Below are positions 21,088 to 33,500 of a DNA stretch of 64,000 nt, piece by piece. The stretch's first letter is position 1. The number at the start of each line of letters is the position of its first letter. Location of the stretch: NCBI GenBank assembly GCA_963768305.1, contig CAVYHE010000006.1, forward strand, positions 1 to 64,000, written 5' to 3'. The position numbers and the translations under genes were made by a program. The notes under the pieces were generated by a model. The model was given only the letters and a program-made list of their open reading frames with translations. It had not been told where the DNA came from and did no database searches. Source of the DNA: an uncultured bacterium (GTDB lineage: Bacteria; Margulisbacteria; WOR-1; CAVSGV01).

Positions 21088-22023
21088 TTGAACGATTTAA
21101 AGAAAAATAAGATCGCCGTGCTCATGGGCGGCAGGTCGGGGGAGCGGGAAGTTTCTTTAAGAAGCGGCAAGAAAGTTCTGGATTCCCTTAAAGCGCAAGG
21201 GTTTCACGCCATCCCCATCGATCCCGATAAAAAGCTCATCGAAAAACTCAAGAAAAACAAGATCGACATCGCATACATAATGCTTCACGGGAAATACGGC
21301 GAGGACGGTACCATACAGGGACTCCTTGAACATTTTGGCATCCCTTATACCGGCTCAAAGATATTGGCTTCCGCGCTGGCCATGAACAAGGTTGCCGCGA
21401 AAAGAATATTCCAGGCGATAGGCGTTCCAACCCCGCAGTACATGACCATCGATCCTGAAAAAAGCATAAAAGACCAGTGCGGAAAAATAAAAAGGATATT
21501 TCCTTTCCCTCTTGTTGTGAAACCGGTGTCGGAGGGCTCCAGCCTTGGCGTGACGATAGTACAAGATGAGAACAAGCTTGAGGATGTCCTCTCTGATACG
21601 GTCAGAAAATTCCATGATGTTTTTATTGAAGAATTCATAAAAGGCAAGGAAGTGACAGTAGGCATACTTGGAAAAGGCAAAGATGTTTTTGCTTTGCCGA
21701 TACTTGAATTAAAACCGAAAGCGCAATTTTATGATTTCAAGGCGAAGTACACCGCGGGCGGAACGGAATTTATATTACCCGCGCGGCTGCCAAAGGATCT
21801 GTACAAGCATGTTCAGGAAACGGCGGTGCGCGCGCACAAGGCGCTCGGATGCTACGGCGTATCCAGGGTGGACATTATCGTAAGAGGGGCCCACACTCCA
21901 TTTGTCCATGAAGTGAACACCATCCCGGGCATGACGGACGTGTCCGACCTGCCGGCGGAGGCAAAGTGCGCCGGGATCTCTTATGATGAACTTGTAGTTA
22001 AGATCCTCGAGAGCGCTTTTTAA
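21088..22023 (+). CDS. ddl: D-alanine--D-alanine ligase
   Basis: GGRSGEREVSLRSG, LHGKYGEDG, EGSSLG, EVNTIPGMT. Confidence 0.96.
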   Translation: MNDLKKNKIAVLMGGRSGEREVSLRSGKKVLDSLKAQGFHAIPIDPDKKLIEKLKKNKIDIAYIMLHGKYGEDGTIQGLLEHFGIPYTGSKILASALAMNKVAAKRIFQAIGVPTPQYMTIDPEKSIKDQCGKIKRIFPFPLVVKPVSEGSSLGVTIVQDENKLEDVLSDTVRKFHDVFIEEFIKGKEVTVGILGKGKDVFALPILELKPKAQFYDFKAKYTAGGTEFILPARLPKDLYKHVQETAVRAHKALGCYGVSRVDIIVRGAHTPFVHEVNTIPGMTDVSDLPAEAKCAGISYDELVVKILESAF

Positions 22024-22032
22024 AAATTAAAA

Positions 22033-22809
22033 ATGCCCCATCAAAAAAATAAGGTCCCGAGCAGAAAGAACCTGAAAAGATCGGCCAGCTGGCTAGTTAT
22101 GTCAATAGCTCTGGCGCTCGTCATCATTGCGATTATCACCGGGTTCGTCCTTTCACTTCCCGTCTGGAAAACATCAAATGTCAAGGTCATTGGCAATTCA
22201 CTTCTTACGAAAGACAAGGTGATCAATATCGCGAAAGTTCCGCTTGGCGAAGATCTTTTCCTCATCGATCTGGATGAAATAAGGGAAAGATTTTCCGGGA
22301 TAATCCAGGTCAAGGATATCCGGATCGTCCGTAAGTTGCCGGACACTATTGCCATCGAAATAAAAGAGCGAGCTCCTTTCGCGATAGCGGTCATCGGAGG
22401 CGGAACATCACTGATCGATGATGAGGGTTATATCATAGCGAAGCAGGACCTGGGGCCCTCATCGGCGGGATACGATATCGTGAAATATCCGGTCATAAGG
22501 GGCATAAATAAAAAATCGCTTGAGAACGGCAACAGATTGAATTCCGGTGACAGGAAATTCATCAGATCTGCGCTGAATTCCATTTCAGGTCCGATGGCTG
22601 CGGGGACGATCCAGATAGACATCAGCAACAGGGATGATATAGCGGTTCTTATCGAGGATATCCTGAAAGTAAATATCGGCGATGCCGTAAATGTTGAAAA
22701 AAAACTTGGCGTTGCCAAGGCGCTCATCGGGTCGCTGAAAGACAAATGGACAAAAGCGGCTTACATAGACGTAAAAGTTCCGGACAGCCCGGTCATTAAG
22801 TTCAAGTAG
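22033..22809 (+). CDS. ftsQ: Cell division protein FtsQ/DivIB
   Basis: Single TM, POTRA-like region, LPDTIAIEIKER, YIDVK. Lies between ddl and ftsZ. Confidence 0.85.
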   Translation: MPHQKNKVPSRKNLKRSASWLVMSIALALVIIAIITGFVLSLPVWKTSNVKVIGNSLLTKDKVINIAKVPLGEDLFLIDLDEIRERFSGIIQVKDIRIVRKLPDTIAIEIKERAPFAIAVIGGGTSLIDDEGYIIAKQDLGPSSAGYDIVKYPVIRGINKKSLENGNRLNSGDRKFIRSALNSISGPMAAGTIQIDISNRDDIAVLIEDILKVNIGDAVNVEKKLGVAKALIGSLKDKWTKAAYIDVKVPDSPVIKFK

Positions 22810-22914
22810 CTGTCAGTACTAAATTCCCCTTGCTTTTCCCCTGAACTCTGCTATATTACTGGGTTACACAGCGTCGGAATCCAATGTTGCAGGTGCAAAA
22901 ACAGGTGAAAATAC

Positions 22915-23970
22915 GTGATCGGCGACGGAATAAAAAGTTTCGCTAAAATAAAAGTAATGGGAGTGGGCGGCGGGGGCACCAACGCCGTCAACAGGATGAT
23001 CGGCTCCGGCCTCAAAGGCGTTGAATTCTGGGCTACCAACACGGACCTTCAGGCGTTATCAGTATCGCTCGCGGACCACAAACTCCAGATAGGCGGAAAA
23101 CTTACCAAAGGTCTCGGCGCAGGCTCCAACCCCGACATCGGCCAAAAAGCGGCTGAAGAATCCAAGGAAGAGATCAGAACGGCGATCGCCGATGCGGACA
23201 TGGTCTTCCTCACGGCCGGCATGGGCGGCGGAACGGGCACCGGTGCGTCGCCTCTTATCGCGGAGGTCGCCAGGGAAATAGGAGCCCTCACCGTCGGCGT
23301 TGTCACAAAACCGTTCAGGTTCGAAGGACCGGTAAGGATATCGCAGGCGGAAAGCGGAGTGGTCCTGCTGAGAGAAAAAGTTGACGCCTTGATAGTGATC
23401 CCGAATGACAAACTTCTTCAGGTAGTTGAAAAACGCACGTCCATCATCGACGCGTTCAAGATAGCCGATGATGTTCTCCGCCACGGCGTAAAAGGGATAT
23501 CCGATCTCATCACAGTCCCCGGGCTCATAAATCTCGACTTTGCGGATATCAGGACGATAATGTTCGACGCGGGTTCCGCGATGATGGGTATCGGGACAGC
23601 GTCAGGCGAGAACAGGGCGGTGGAAGCCGCGGAACAGGCGATATCGAGCCCGCTGCTCGAAGAAACTATCAATGGCGCGAAAGGCGTTGTTTTCAATGTC
23701 ACGGGCGGAAGCGATCTGACGCTTTATGAAGTGAATGATGCTGCCGAGGTCATTTACAACGCTGTTGATCCGGAAGCGAACATAATTTTCGGCGCCGTGA
23801 TAGACGAGAAATTACAGGGTGAAGTTGTCATCACGGTCATCGCCACCGGGTTCAAACATATTGAAAAAGAGATCGGCGCGGAAGAGACCTCGATAAGGAC
23901 GAAGATAAGGCCCGAGCTTTTACAGCCAAAAGAGAAAATAGAACTCCCCGCGTTTTTAAAGAACGTTTAA
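22915..23970 (+). CDS. ftsZ: Cell division protein FtsZ
   Basis: [26 protein letters not shown] and C-terminal LPAFL. Confidence 0.98.
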   Translation: MIGDGIKSFAKIKVMGVGGGGTNAVNRMIGSGLKGVEFWATNTDLQALSVSLADHKLQIGGKLTKGLGAGSNPDIGQKAAEESKEEIRTAIADADMVFLTAGMGGGTGTGASPLIAEVAREIGALTVGVVTKPFRFEGPVRISQAESGVVLLREKVDALIVIPNDKLLQVVEKRTSIIDAFKIADDVLRHGVKGISDLITVPGLINLDFADIRTIMFDAGSAMMGIGTASGENRAVEAAEQAISSPLLEETINGAKGVVFNVTGGSDLTLYEVNDAAEVIYNAVDPEANIIFGAVIDEKLQGEVVITVIATGFKHIEKEIGAEETSIRTKIRPELLQPKEKIELPAFLKNV

Positions 23971-24079
23971 TAATTCTTCACGAAGATTAACTGGGAGACA
24001 GGGATTTTCCCGCGGAGCGGGATCCCGCAACACATTATTATATTCCATAATAAGGAGGCGGGAGAACCCCGAAACCAAT

Positions 24080-24150
24080 CTGCCGGACTAGGATTCGAAC
24101 CTAGATAGACAGATCCAGAATCTGTCGTCCTACCATTAGACGATCCGGCA
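24080..24150 (-). tRNA. tRNA-Gln(CTG), CCA not encoded
   Basis: Reverse complement TGCCGGATCGTCTAATGGTAGGACGACAGATTCTGGATCTGTCTATCTAGGTTCGAATCCTAGTCCGGCAG folds as a cloverleaf with anticodon CTG. Confidence 0.93.
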
Positions 24151-24174
24151 ATGATTCCATTTATTTGTCATTGG

Positions 24175-24417
24175 TCACTGCCACCACGGCGGATTCCACC
24201 ATTGAGGCTGAAAAATCAGGATGAATAAGCCGTAAAAAACTATGAAGATCGAAAGCCCGATGAATATCTTGAACTGCCAAGACAGCGGCTCTTTCCACTT
24301 TTTTATCATCCAGTAAGAGAAAGCCAGTGCAATAAAGCCGATGATCGTGACCGATATCCCTTTAAATATCGGACTGCTGTAGGTCGCAATGAAGAAATTT
24401 ATCCCTTTTGGTTCCAT
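24175..24417 (-). CDS. Small two-TM membrane protein
   Basis: Two hydrophobic helices and a QPQWW.PPW tail. TGATATAAT 9 nt upstream. Confidence 0.65.
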   Translation of the reverse strand: MEPKGINFFIATYSSPIFKGISVTIIGFIALAFSYWMIKKWKEPLSWQFKIFIGLSIFIVFYGLFILIFQPQWWNPPWWQ

Positions 24418-24550
24418 AATAGAAAGATTATATCACAGGGATTTGTTATTCGCGAGATTAGGAAGACAAAACCTTCATTTATATCTCAACTCGTTCTTTA
24501 TCATTATATTTTAAACTTGATCAAAAAAAGCTTTTTATCTCGGATTCAGG

Positions 24551-27500
24551 GTGTATACTATGCTCGTTTCCATAAAAGATAATTTCATTATAAAAAAGGA
24601 AGTGATGATCATGACAAGGGGTGCTATTTGTCATTCATTTCCGGTTCCGCGCCCAGATAAAAAGATCGACTTGATGACCAGATATTTTAAATTATGGCGC
24701 AGTGTAAAACTTCTTCTTTTGACCGCCGGTATCATAGCATGGAGCATTTCTTCTGCCGGAGCGGATACATTCACGGTCTCGAATACTGATGACAGCGGCG
24801 CAGGTTCTCTCAGGCAAGCCATCATCGATGCCAATTCCACTATAGGATCCAGCACGATCAACTTTACAAGCGATGTAAGCGGCACGATCACTCTTTTGAG
24901 CAGTTTACCAACCACGAGCCAAACTATCACTCTTGATCTTTCAGGCGCGACAGGGATTGTTACGCTTGCAGGGAACACAATGGGTTTTGGCCAGCCGCTC
25001 ACCTTGAATGGCGGCGCTCTTACGATCAGTGCGGATTCCGGGATGCCTGGCACAAACGCCCTTACTATTGCCGGCACAGGCGTCGCGACGCTGGATGTGA
25101 CGGGTGGCGCGGCGATAAGCGCTACTACCGGGACTATTGGCGACAGCGCAGGCTCAACCGGCGAAGTCACTGTTGATAGCTCCACATGGGAGAACAGTTC
25201 TGATCTTACGGTTGGTAACGCAGGCGCAGGCAGTTTATTTATTTCAAATGGCGGGGCGGTGAGTAACAACCATGGTAATATCGGCTACCTCACTGGTTCA
25301 AACGGCACTGTATCTGTTGACGGTACCGGCTCCACATGGGAGAACAGTTCTGATCTTACGGTTGGCAACTACGGAACAGGCGCCTTAACTATTTCAGATG
25401 GCAGTGCGGTGACTAACGCCATTGGCATTATCGGCTACTGGGCCGGCTCAACCGGCGAAGTTACTGTTGACGACTCCACATGGACGAACGGTTCTTATCT
25501 TGTGGTTGGCGAAGTAGGCACAGGCGCCTTAACTATTTCAGATGGCGGTATTGTGAATAACGCCGCTAGTGCGATTGCTGACAGCCCCGGCTCAACCGGT
25601 ACTGTAACTGTTGACGGCACCAGTTCCACATGGACGAACAGTTCTTATCTTAACGTTGGCAATATGGGTACAGCTGCTTTAACCATTTCAAATGGCGGCA
25701 CGGTGACTAACACCAATGGCTATATCGGCATAGCAGCTGGTTCAACCGGTACTGTAACTGTTGATGGCGCCGGCTCCACATGGGAGAACAGTTCTAATCT
25801 TACGGTTGGAGAATCAGGCACAGGCAGTTTATTCATTTCTAATGGCGGCACAGTGAGTAACGGTATTGGCTATATCGGCTACAACGCCGGCTCAACCGGG
25901 AATGTAACTATTGACGGCTCCGGCTCCGCATGGACGAACAGCGGCAGTCTTATAGTTGGCAACTCAGGCACTGGCAATTTATTCATTTCAAATGGCGGTA
26001 CAGTGAGTAACAACAATTGCTATATTGGCGATGACGCAGGCTCAACCGGCACTGTAACTGTTGACGGCACCGCCTCCACATGGACGAACAGCGGAGATCT
26101 TAATATTGGCAACTCAGGCACAGGCAGTTTAACCATTTCAAATGGCGGTGCGGTGAGTAACACCAATGGTATTATAGGCGCCAGCGCCGGCTCAACGGGC
26201 GAAGTCGTTGTTGACGGCCCCGCCTCCACATGGGAGAACAGCGCTGCTCTTATTGTTGGCGGCTCAGGCACAGGCAGTTTAAATATTTCAAATGGCGGTG
26301 CGGTAAGTAACAACTATGGCTATATCGGCGGGTATGTAGGCTCAACTGGAACCGTATCTGTTGATGGTGCCGGCTCCACATGGACGAACAACTATGATCT
26401 TGCTGTTGGCTCCTCTAGCACAGGTGCCTTAACTATTTCCAATGGCGGCGCGGTGAATGACGACAATGGAATAATTGGTTATATCGCTGGCTCAACCGGC
26501 ACAGCAACTGTTGATGGTACCGGTTCCACATGGACGAACAGCGGAAGATCTTACTGTCGGAGGCTCAAGTGAAGGCGCTTTAACTATTTCAAATGGCGGA
26601 GTGGTGAGTAACAATAATGGCTATATTGGCTATTATGGAGATTCAACGGGTGAAGTTACCGTTGACGGCCCCGCCTCCACATGGGAGAACAGCGCTGATC
26701 TTTACGTTGGCAACTCAGGCACAGGCAGTTTATTCATTTCAAATGGCGGTACGGTGAGTGCTGACAACAGCTATATCGGGAACAATACTTACTCAACCGG
26801 TACTGTAACTGTTGATGGCCCAGCCTCCACATGGACGAACAGTAGCAATCTTACAGTTGGCAATTCAGGCACGGGCAGTTTAACCATTTCAAATGGCGGT
26901 ACTGTGAGTAACGACGCTGGAATAATCGGTGACAGCGCCGGCTCAACCGGCGAAGTCATTGTTGATGGTACCGCTTCCACATGGGAGAACAGCGGCAATC
27001 TTTTTGTTGGCCTCTTAGGCGCAGGCAGTTTAACCATTTCCAATGGCGGTACAGTGAGTAACAACAATGGCTATATCGGCTACAACACCGGCTCAACTGG
27101 CGAAGTTACCGTTGACGGCCCTGCCTCCACATGGGAGAACAGCGCTGATCTTACTATTGGCAGCTTCGGAACAGGCGCTTTAACTATTTCCAATGGCGGA
27201 ACGGTAAATGACGGTGCTGGAATAATCGGTGACAGCGCCGGCTCAACTGGGAATGTAACTGTTGATGGTCCCGGCTCCACATGGACTAACAGTTCTGATC
27301 TTTATATTGGCAACTCAGTCACAGGCACCTTAACCATTTCAAATGGCGGCACCGTGAGTAATAACTATGGCTATATCGGCAATGCCGCCGGCTCAACCGG
27401 CGAAGTCACTGTTGACGGCCCCGGCTCCACATGGACGAACAACAATGATCTTACTGTTGGCAACTCAGGCACAGGCACCTTAACCATTTCAGATGGCGGG

Positions 27501-30500
27501 ATGGTGAATGTTGGAAGCGGTTCCGGAACGATCACGCTGGCAGAAGGCGCCGGCTCGATCGGAACGCTCAATATAGGTTCGGGCGGTGCCGCTGGATCCG
27601 TAGAAGCCGCGGGTATTACAGGAGGCTCAGGCGCCGCTATCCTTAATTTTGATCATAATGAGGCGGGGTATATATTCGCGCCTGACATTACCGGCTCACT
27701 CGGTGTTACCCAGACCGGCAGCGGCACGACCATCTTAACTGGCACCAACACATATGCAGGTGTTACGACGATCGATGCTGGGACACTCCAGATCGGTGAT
27801 GGTGGTACAGCAGGGAGTCTGGGTACAGGGGATGTAACGGATAACTCGTCGCTGGTATTCAACCACAGTGATGATCTGATCGTGTCAAATGCCATCTCGG
27901 GTACAGGAAGTTTCACCCAGAGTGGTACAGATACTCTTACTCTTACAGGTACCAATACATATACAGGAGCCACGGTCGTCAACACAGGCACACTTGAAGC
28001 AGGCGTGGTCGACGCGTTTGGCAGCAACTCGGCCGTGATAATGGCGGATGACCCGACTGCCGTATTGGATCTTAACGACTTCAATACGCAGATCGGTTCT
28101 CTCACAGGCGGCGGGACATCGGGTGGGAATGTAATACTTGGCGCCGCGACCCTGACAATTGGCGGTGACAACACAAGCCCCACGGCCTACGCTGGTGAGA
28201 TCTCCGGCACCGGTGCGCTGATCAAAGTTGGTACAGGCACTCTTACTCTTACTGGTACCAACATATATACAGGAGATACGACGATCAGTGAAGGGACGCT
28301 CCAGATCAGTAGTGGCGGTACGGTAAATGATGGCGCTGGAATAATCGGCGACAGCGCCGACTCAACCGGCGAAGTCATTGTTGATGGTACCGGCTCCACA
28401 TGGACGAACAGTTCTGATCTTACAGTTGGCAACTCAGGCACAGGTAGTTTATTTATTTCAAATGGCGGTACTGTGAATGCCGACAACAGCTATATCGGGA
28501 ACAATACTTACTCAACCGGAAATGTAACTGTTGATGGTACCGGCTCTACGTGGACGAATAGCGTGGATCTTGCAGTTGGCAACTGGGGTACAGGCAGTTT
28601 AAATATTTCAAATGGCGGTGCGGTGACTAATACTGTTGGCGTTATTGGCTACAATACTGGCTCAACCGGGATTGTAACTGTTGACGGCTCCACATGGACG
28701 AACAGTTCTAGTCTTACAGTTGGTAACTCAGGCGCAGGCAGTTTAACTGTTTTAAATGAAGGTGTGGTGAGTGCTGACTATCTTTTAGTTGGCAACTCAG
28801 GCACAGGTGCTTTAACTATTTCCAATGGCGGGGCAGTGAATAATGGCATTGGCGTAATTGGCTACAGCATTGGCTCAACCGGTACTGTAAGTGTTGATGG
28901 TACCGGCTCCACATGGAATAACAGCGGGGATCTTACTGTTGGCAACTCAGGCACAGGCAGTTTATCCATTTCAAATGGCGGTACGGTGAGTAACGGCACT
29001 GGCTATATTGGCGACGTTGGAGGCTCAATCGGCGAAGTAACTGTTGACGACTCTACATGGACGAACAGTAGTTATCTTGTGGTTGGCTTATTCGGAACAG
29101 GTGCTTTAACTATTTCCAATGGCGGCGCAGTGAGTAACAACGATGGCGCCTATATCGGCTATTTTGGAGGCTCAACCGGTGAAGTCATTGTCGACGGTCC
29201 CGCCTCCACATGGGAGAACAGCGCTGATCTTTTCGTTGGCGACTCAGGCACAGGCAGTTTATTTATTTCAAATGGCGGCACAGTGAATAATAACTATGGC
29301 TATATCGGGAACAATATTTACTCAACCGGTACTGCCACCGTTGACGGAACCGGCTCCACATGGACTAACAGCTTTTATCTTATGGTAGGCAACTCAGGTA
29401 CAGGCAGTTTAACTATTTCAAATGGCGGCGCGGTGAGTAACACTAATGGCTTTATCGGCTACAACGCCGGCTCAACTGGTGAAGTCATTGTTGACGGCCC
29501 CGGCTCCACATGGGAGAACAGTTCTGATCTTTATGTTGGCGCCTTGGGCACAGGCAGTTTAACCATTTCAAATGGCGGTGCGGTGAGTAACATCAATGGC
29601 TATATCGGCGACTATGAAGGCTCAACCGGCGAAGTCACTGTTGATGGTACCGGCTCCGCATGGAATAACAGCGGGGATCTTAAGGTTGGCAACTCGGGCA
29701 CAGGTTCCTTAACTATTTCAGATGGCGGCGCAGTGAGTAATGGCATTGGTTATATCGGGAACATCGCCGGCTCAACCGGTACTGTAACCGTTGACGGCAT
29801 AGGCTCCACATGGATGAACAGCGATTATCTTTTCGTTGGCAGCTCAGGTACAGGTTCCTTAACTATTTCAGATGGCGGTACGGTGAGTAATAATGGCGTT
29901 GGTATAATTGGCACTAATGCCGGTTCAAATGGCACTGTAACTGTTGACGGCCCCGGTTCAAAATGGGAGAACAGTGGCAATCTTATGGTTGGTGGCTCAG
30001 GTACAGGCAGTTTATTCATTTCAGATGGCAGTACGGTGAGTAACGGCGCTGGCTATATCGCCTACGGTATTGGCTCAACCGGGACTGTAACTGTTGACGG
30101 TGTCGGCTCAACATGGGAGAACAGCGGAGATCTTACTGTTGGCGAATCAGGAACAGGTACTTTAACTATTTCTAATGGCGGGATGGTGATTAGCTACGCT
30201 GGAATAATTGGTGATAGCGCCACTTCAACCGGCATTGTAACTGTTGATGGTGCCAGCTCCACATGGGAGAACAGTTCTGATCTCATAGTTGGCAACTCAG
30301 GCACAGGCAATTTATTCATTTCAAATGGCGGTACGGTGAGTGCCGACAACAGCTATATCGGGAACAATACTTACTCAACCGGCAATGTAACTGTTGAGGG
30401 CTCCGGCTCAACATGGACGAACAGCGGGGATCTTACAGTTGGCGGCTCAGGCACAGGCAGTTTATTTGTTTCAAATGGCGGTATGGTGAGTAATACCAAT

Positions 30501-33500
30501 GGCTATATCGGGAACAATACTTACTCAACCGGTACTGTAAGTGTAGATGGTATCGGCTCCACATGGGAGAACAGCGGAGATCTTACTGTTGGCGAATCAG
30601 GCACAGGCAATTTATTCGTTTCAAATGGCGGCACGGTGAGTGACAACAATGGTTATATCGGCAACTACGCTTACTCAACCGGCAATGTAACTGTTGACGG
30701 CTCCGGCTCAACATGGACGAACAGCGGCAATCTTACGGTTGGCGAATTAGGCACAGGCGTTTTAACTATTTCAGATGGCGGTATGGTGAATGACAACAAT
30801 GGCTATATCGACATCTTCGGCGGCTCAAACGGGACTGTCAATGTTGATGGCTCCACATGGACGAACAGCGGCAATCTTACGGTTGGCAACTCAGGCACAG
30901 GCAGTTTAGCGATTTTAAACGAGGGTACGGTGAGTAGCGCATATGGCGTGATCGGTGCCGGTGCCGGCTCAACCGGCGAAGTCACTGTTGATTATTCAAC
31001 ATGGACGAACAGTTCTGATCTTACTGTTGGAAGCTTCGGAACAGGCGGTTTAACTATTTCAAACGGCGGCGCGGTGAGTGACAACTTTAGCTGTATCGGC
31101 TACGGCACCGGCTCAACCGGGACTGTAACCGTTGACGGCCCCGTATCTACATGGACTAACAGCGACAATCTTACGGTTGGCAACTCAGGCACAGGGAGTT
31201 TATTCATTTCAACTGGCGGTACTGTGAGTGACAACAACAGCTATATCGGTAACAATGCTTACTCAACCGGTACTGTAACTGTTGATGGTACCGGCTCAAC
31301 ATGGACTAACAGCGGTAATCTTACTGTTGGCAACTCAGGGACAGGGAGTTTATTTATTTCAACTGGCGGTACTGTGAGTGACAACAACAGCTATATCGGG
31401 AACAATGCTTACTCAACCGGTACTGTAACTGTTGATGGTACCGGCTCCACATGGGCGACCAGCTATACCTTGTATGTTGGCCAATCAGGCACAGGCGCCT
31501 TAACCATTTCCAATGGCGGCGTGGTAATGAACACAAATTGCAATATCGGCTACAGTACTGGTTCAACTGGTGAAGTCACTGTTGACGATTCCACATGGGC
31601 GAACAGCGGGGATCTTACTATTGGCAACTCTGGTACAGGGAGTTTATTTATTTCAACTGGCGGTACAGTGAGCGACCACAGCGGAACTATCGGCCTCAAC
31701 GCCGGCTCAATCGGTACTGTAACCGTTGACGGCTCTACATGGACCAATAATTATGATCTTAATGTTGGCATCTCAGGAACAGGCGCTTTAACAATTTCAG
31801 GTGGCGGTACGGTGAGCAATGCCAATGGCTGTATCGGCAACGGCGCCGGCTCAACAGGCACTGTAACTGTTGATGGTATCGGCTCCACATGGACTAATGG
31901 CCTTGATCTTAAAGTTGGCTTCTCTGGCACAGGCGCTTTAAATATATCAAATGGGGGTGAAGTGAGTGATAGGGGTGGCGTAATTGGCTATTATGGAGAT
32001 TCGACCGGCGAAGTCACTGTTGACGGTGCCAGCTCCACATGGACTAATAGTTCCAATCTTACAGTTGGCGAATCTGGTACAGGCAGTTTAACTGTTTCAA
32101 ATGGCGGAGCGGTGAGCAACACCAATGGCTATATCGGAGACTATGAAGGCTCAACGGGCGAAGTCGCTATTGACGGCGCCACATGGAATAACAGTTCTGA
32201 TCTTTACGTTGGTACCGCAGGCGCAGGCGCTTTAACCATTTCAGATGGCGGTACGGTGAGCGACAACTATGGCTATATCGGCAACAACGGCGGCTCCACC
32301 GGCACTGTAACTGTTGACGGTAGCGGCTCCGCATGGACGAACAACAACGATCTTACGGTCGGCAATTCAGGCGCAGGCGCTTTAACCATTTCAGATGGCG
32401 GTACGGTGAGTAACATAATGGGTTGTATCGGCCTCAACGCCGGTTCAACCGGTACTGTAACTGTTGACGGCTCCGCATGGGAGAACAGTGCTGCTCTAAT
32501 AGTTGGCAACTCAGGCGCAGGCAGTTTAACTATTTCAGACGGCGGTACAGTGAGTGACAACTATGGCTATATCGCCAACAATGCCAGCTCAACCAGCACT
32601 GTATCTGTTGATGGTACCGGCTCCGCATGGGAGAACAGCGGCAGTCTTACTGTTGGCAGATTGGGCACGGGCAGTTTATTTATTACAAATGGAGGCACGG
32701 TTAGTAACAACTATGGTTATATCGGCTACAACACCGGCTCAAGCGGCACTGTAACTGTTGATGGTTCCACATGGACGAACAGCAACGATCTTACGATCGG
32801 CAATTCAGGCGCAGGCAGTTTAATTATTTCAAATGGCGGTATGGTGAATAGCAGCGCTGGCTATATTGGTTACAGCACCGGCTCAACCGGCGAAGTCGCT
32901 GTTGACGGCTCCACATGGAATAACAGTTCTGATCTTATTATTGGCGGCTCAGGCACAGGCAGTTTATTCATTTCAAATGGCGGTACAGTGAGTAATAACT
33001 ATGGCTATATCGCCTACAACCCCGGCTCAACCGGTACTGTAACTGTTGACGGTATCGGCTCCACTTGGACGAACAACAATGATCTTTATGTTGGCTTCTC
33101 AGGCGCAGGCGGTTTGATCATTTCAAACGGCGGCACAGTGAGTAACGGCGCTGGTTATATCGGTTACAACACTTACTCAACCGGTACTGTAACTGTTGAC
33201 GGCCCCGGCTCCACATGGACGAACAGCGGCAATCTTACTGTTGGTAACTCAGGCACAGGCAGTTTAGCCATTTCAAATGGCGGCACAGTGAGTGCCGACA
33301 ACAGCTATATCGGCAACAACGCCGGCTCAACCGGCGAAGTCATTGTTGATGGTGCCGGATCCACATGGGAGAACAGTTCTAACCTTACGGTTGGCTTCTC
33401 AGGCACAGGCGGTTTGATCATTTCAAATGGCGGTACGGCGTATAACTACTATGGAACAATTGGCGATAACACCGGCTCAACCGGTACTGTAACTGTTGAC

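Noticed and set aside
26540..26572. Phase variation of the autotransporter
   Set aside because: The breaks (GGAAGAT vs the usual GGAGAT, and AAATTTC near 37342) are not in long slippery tracts and match the window-wide error pattern.
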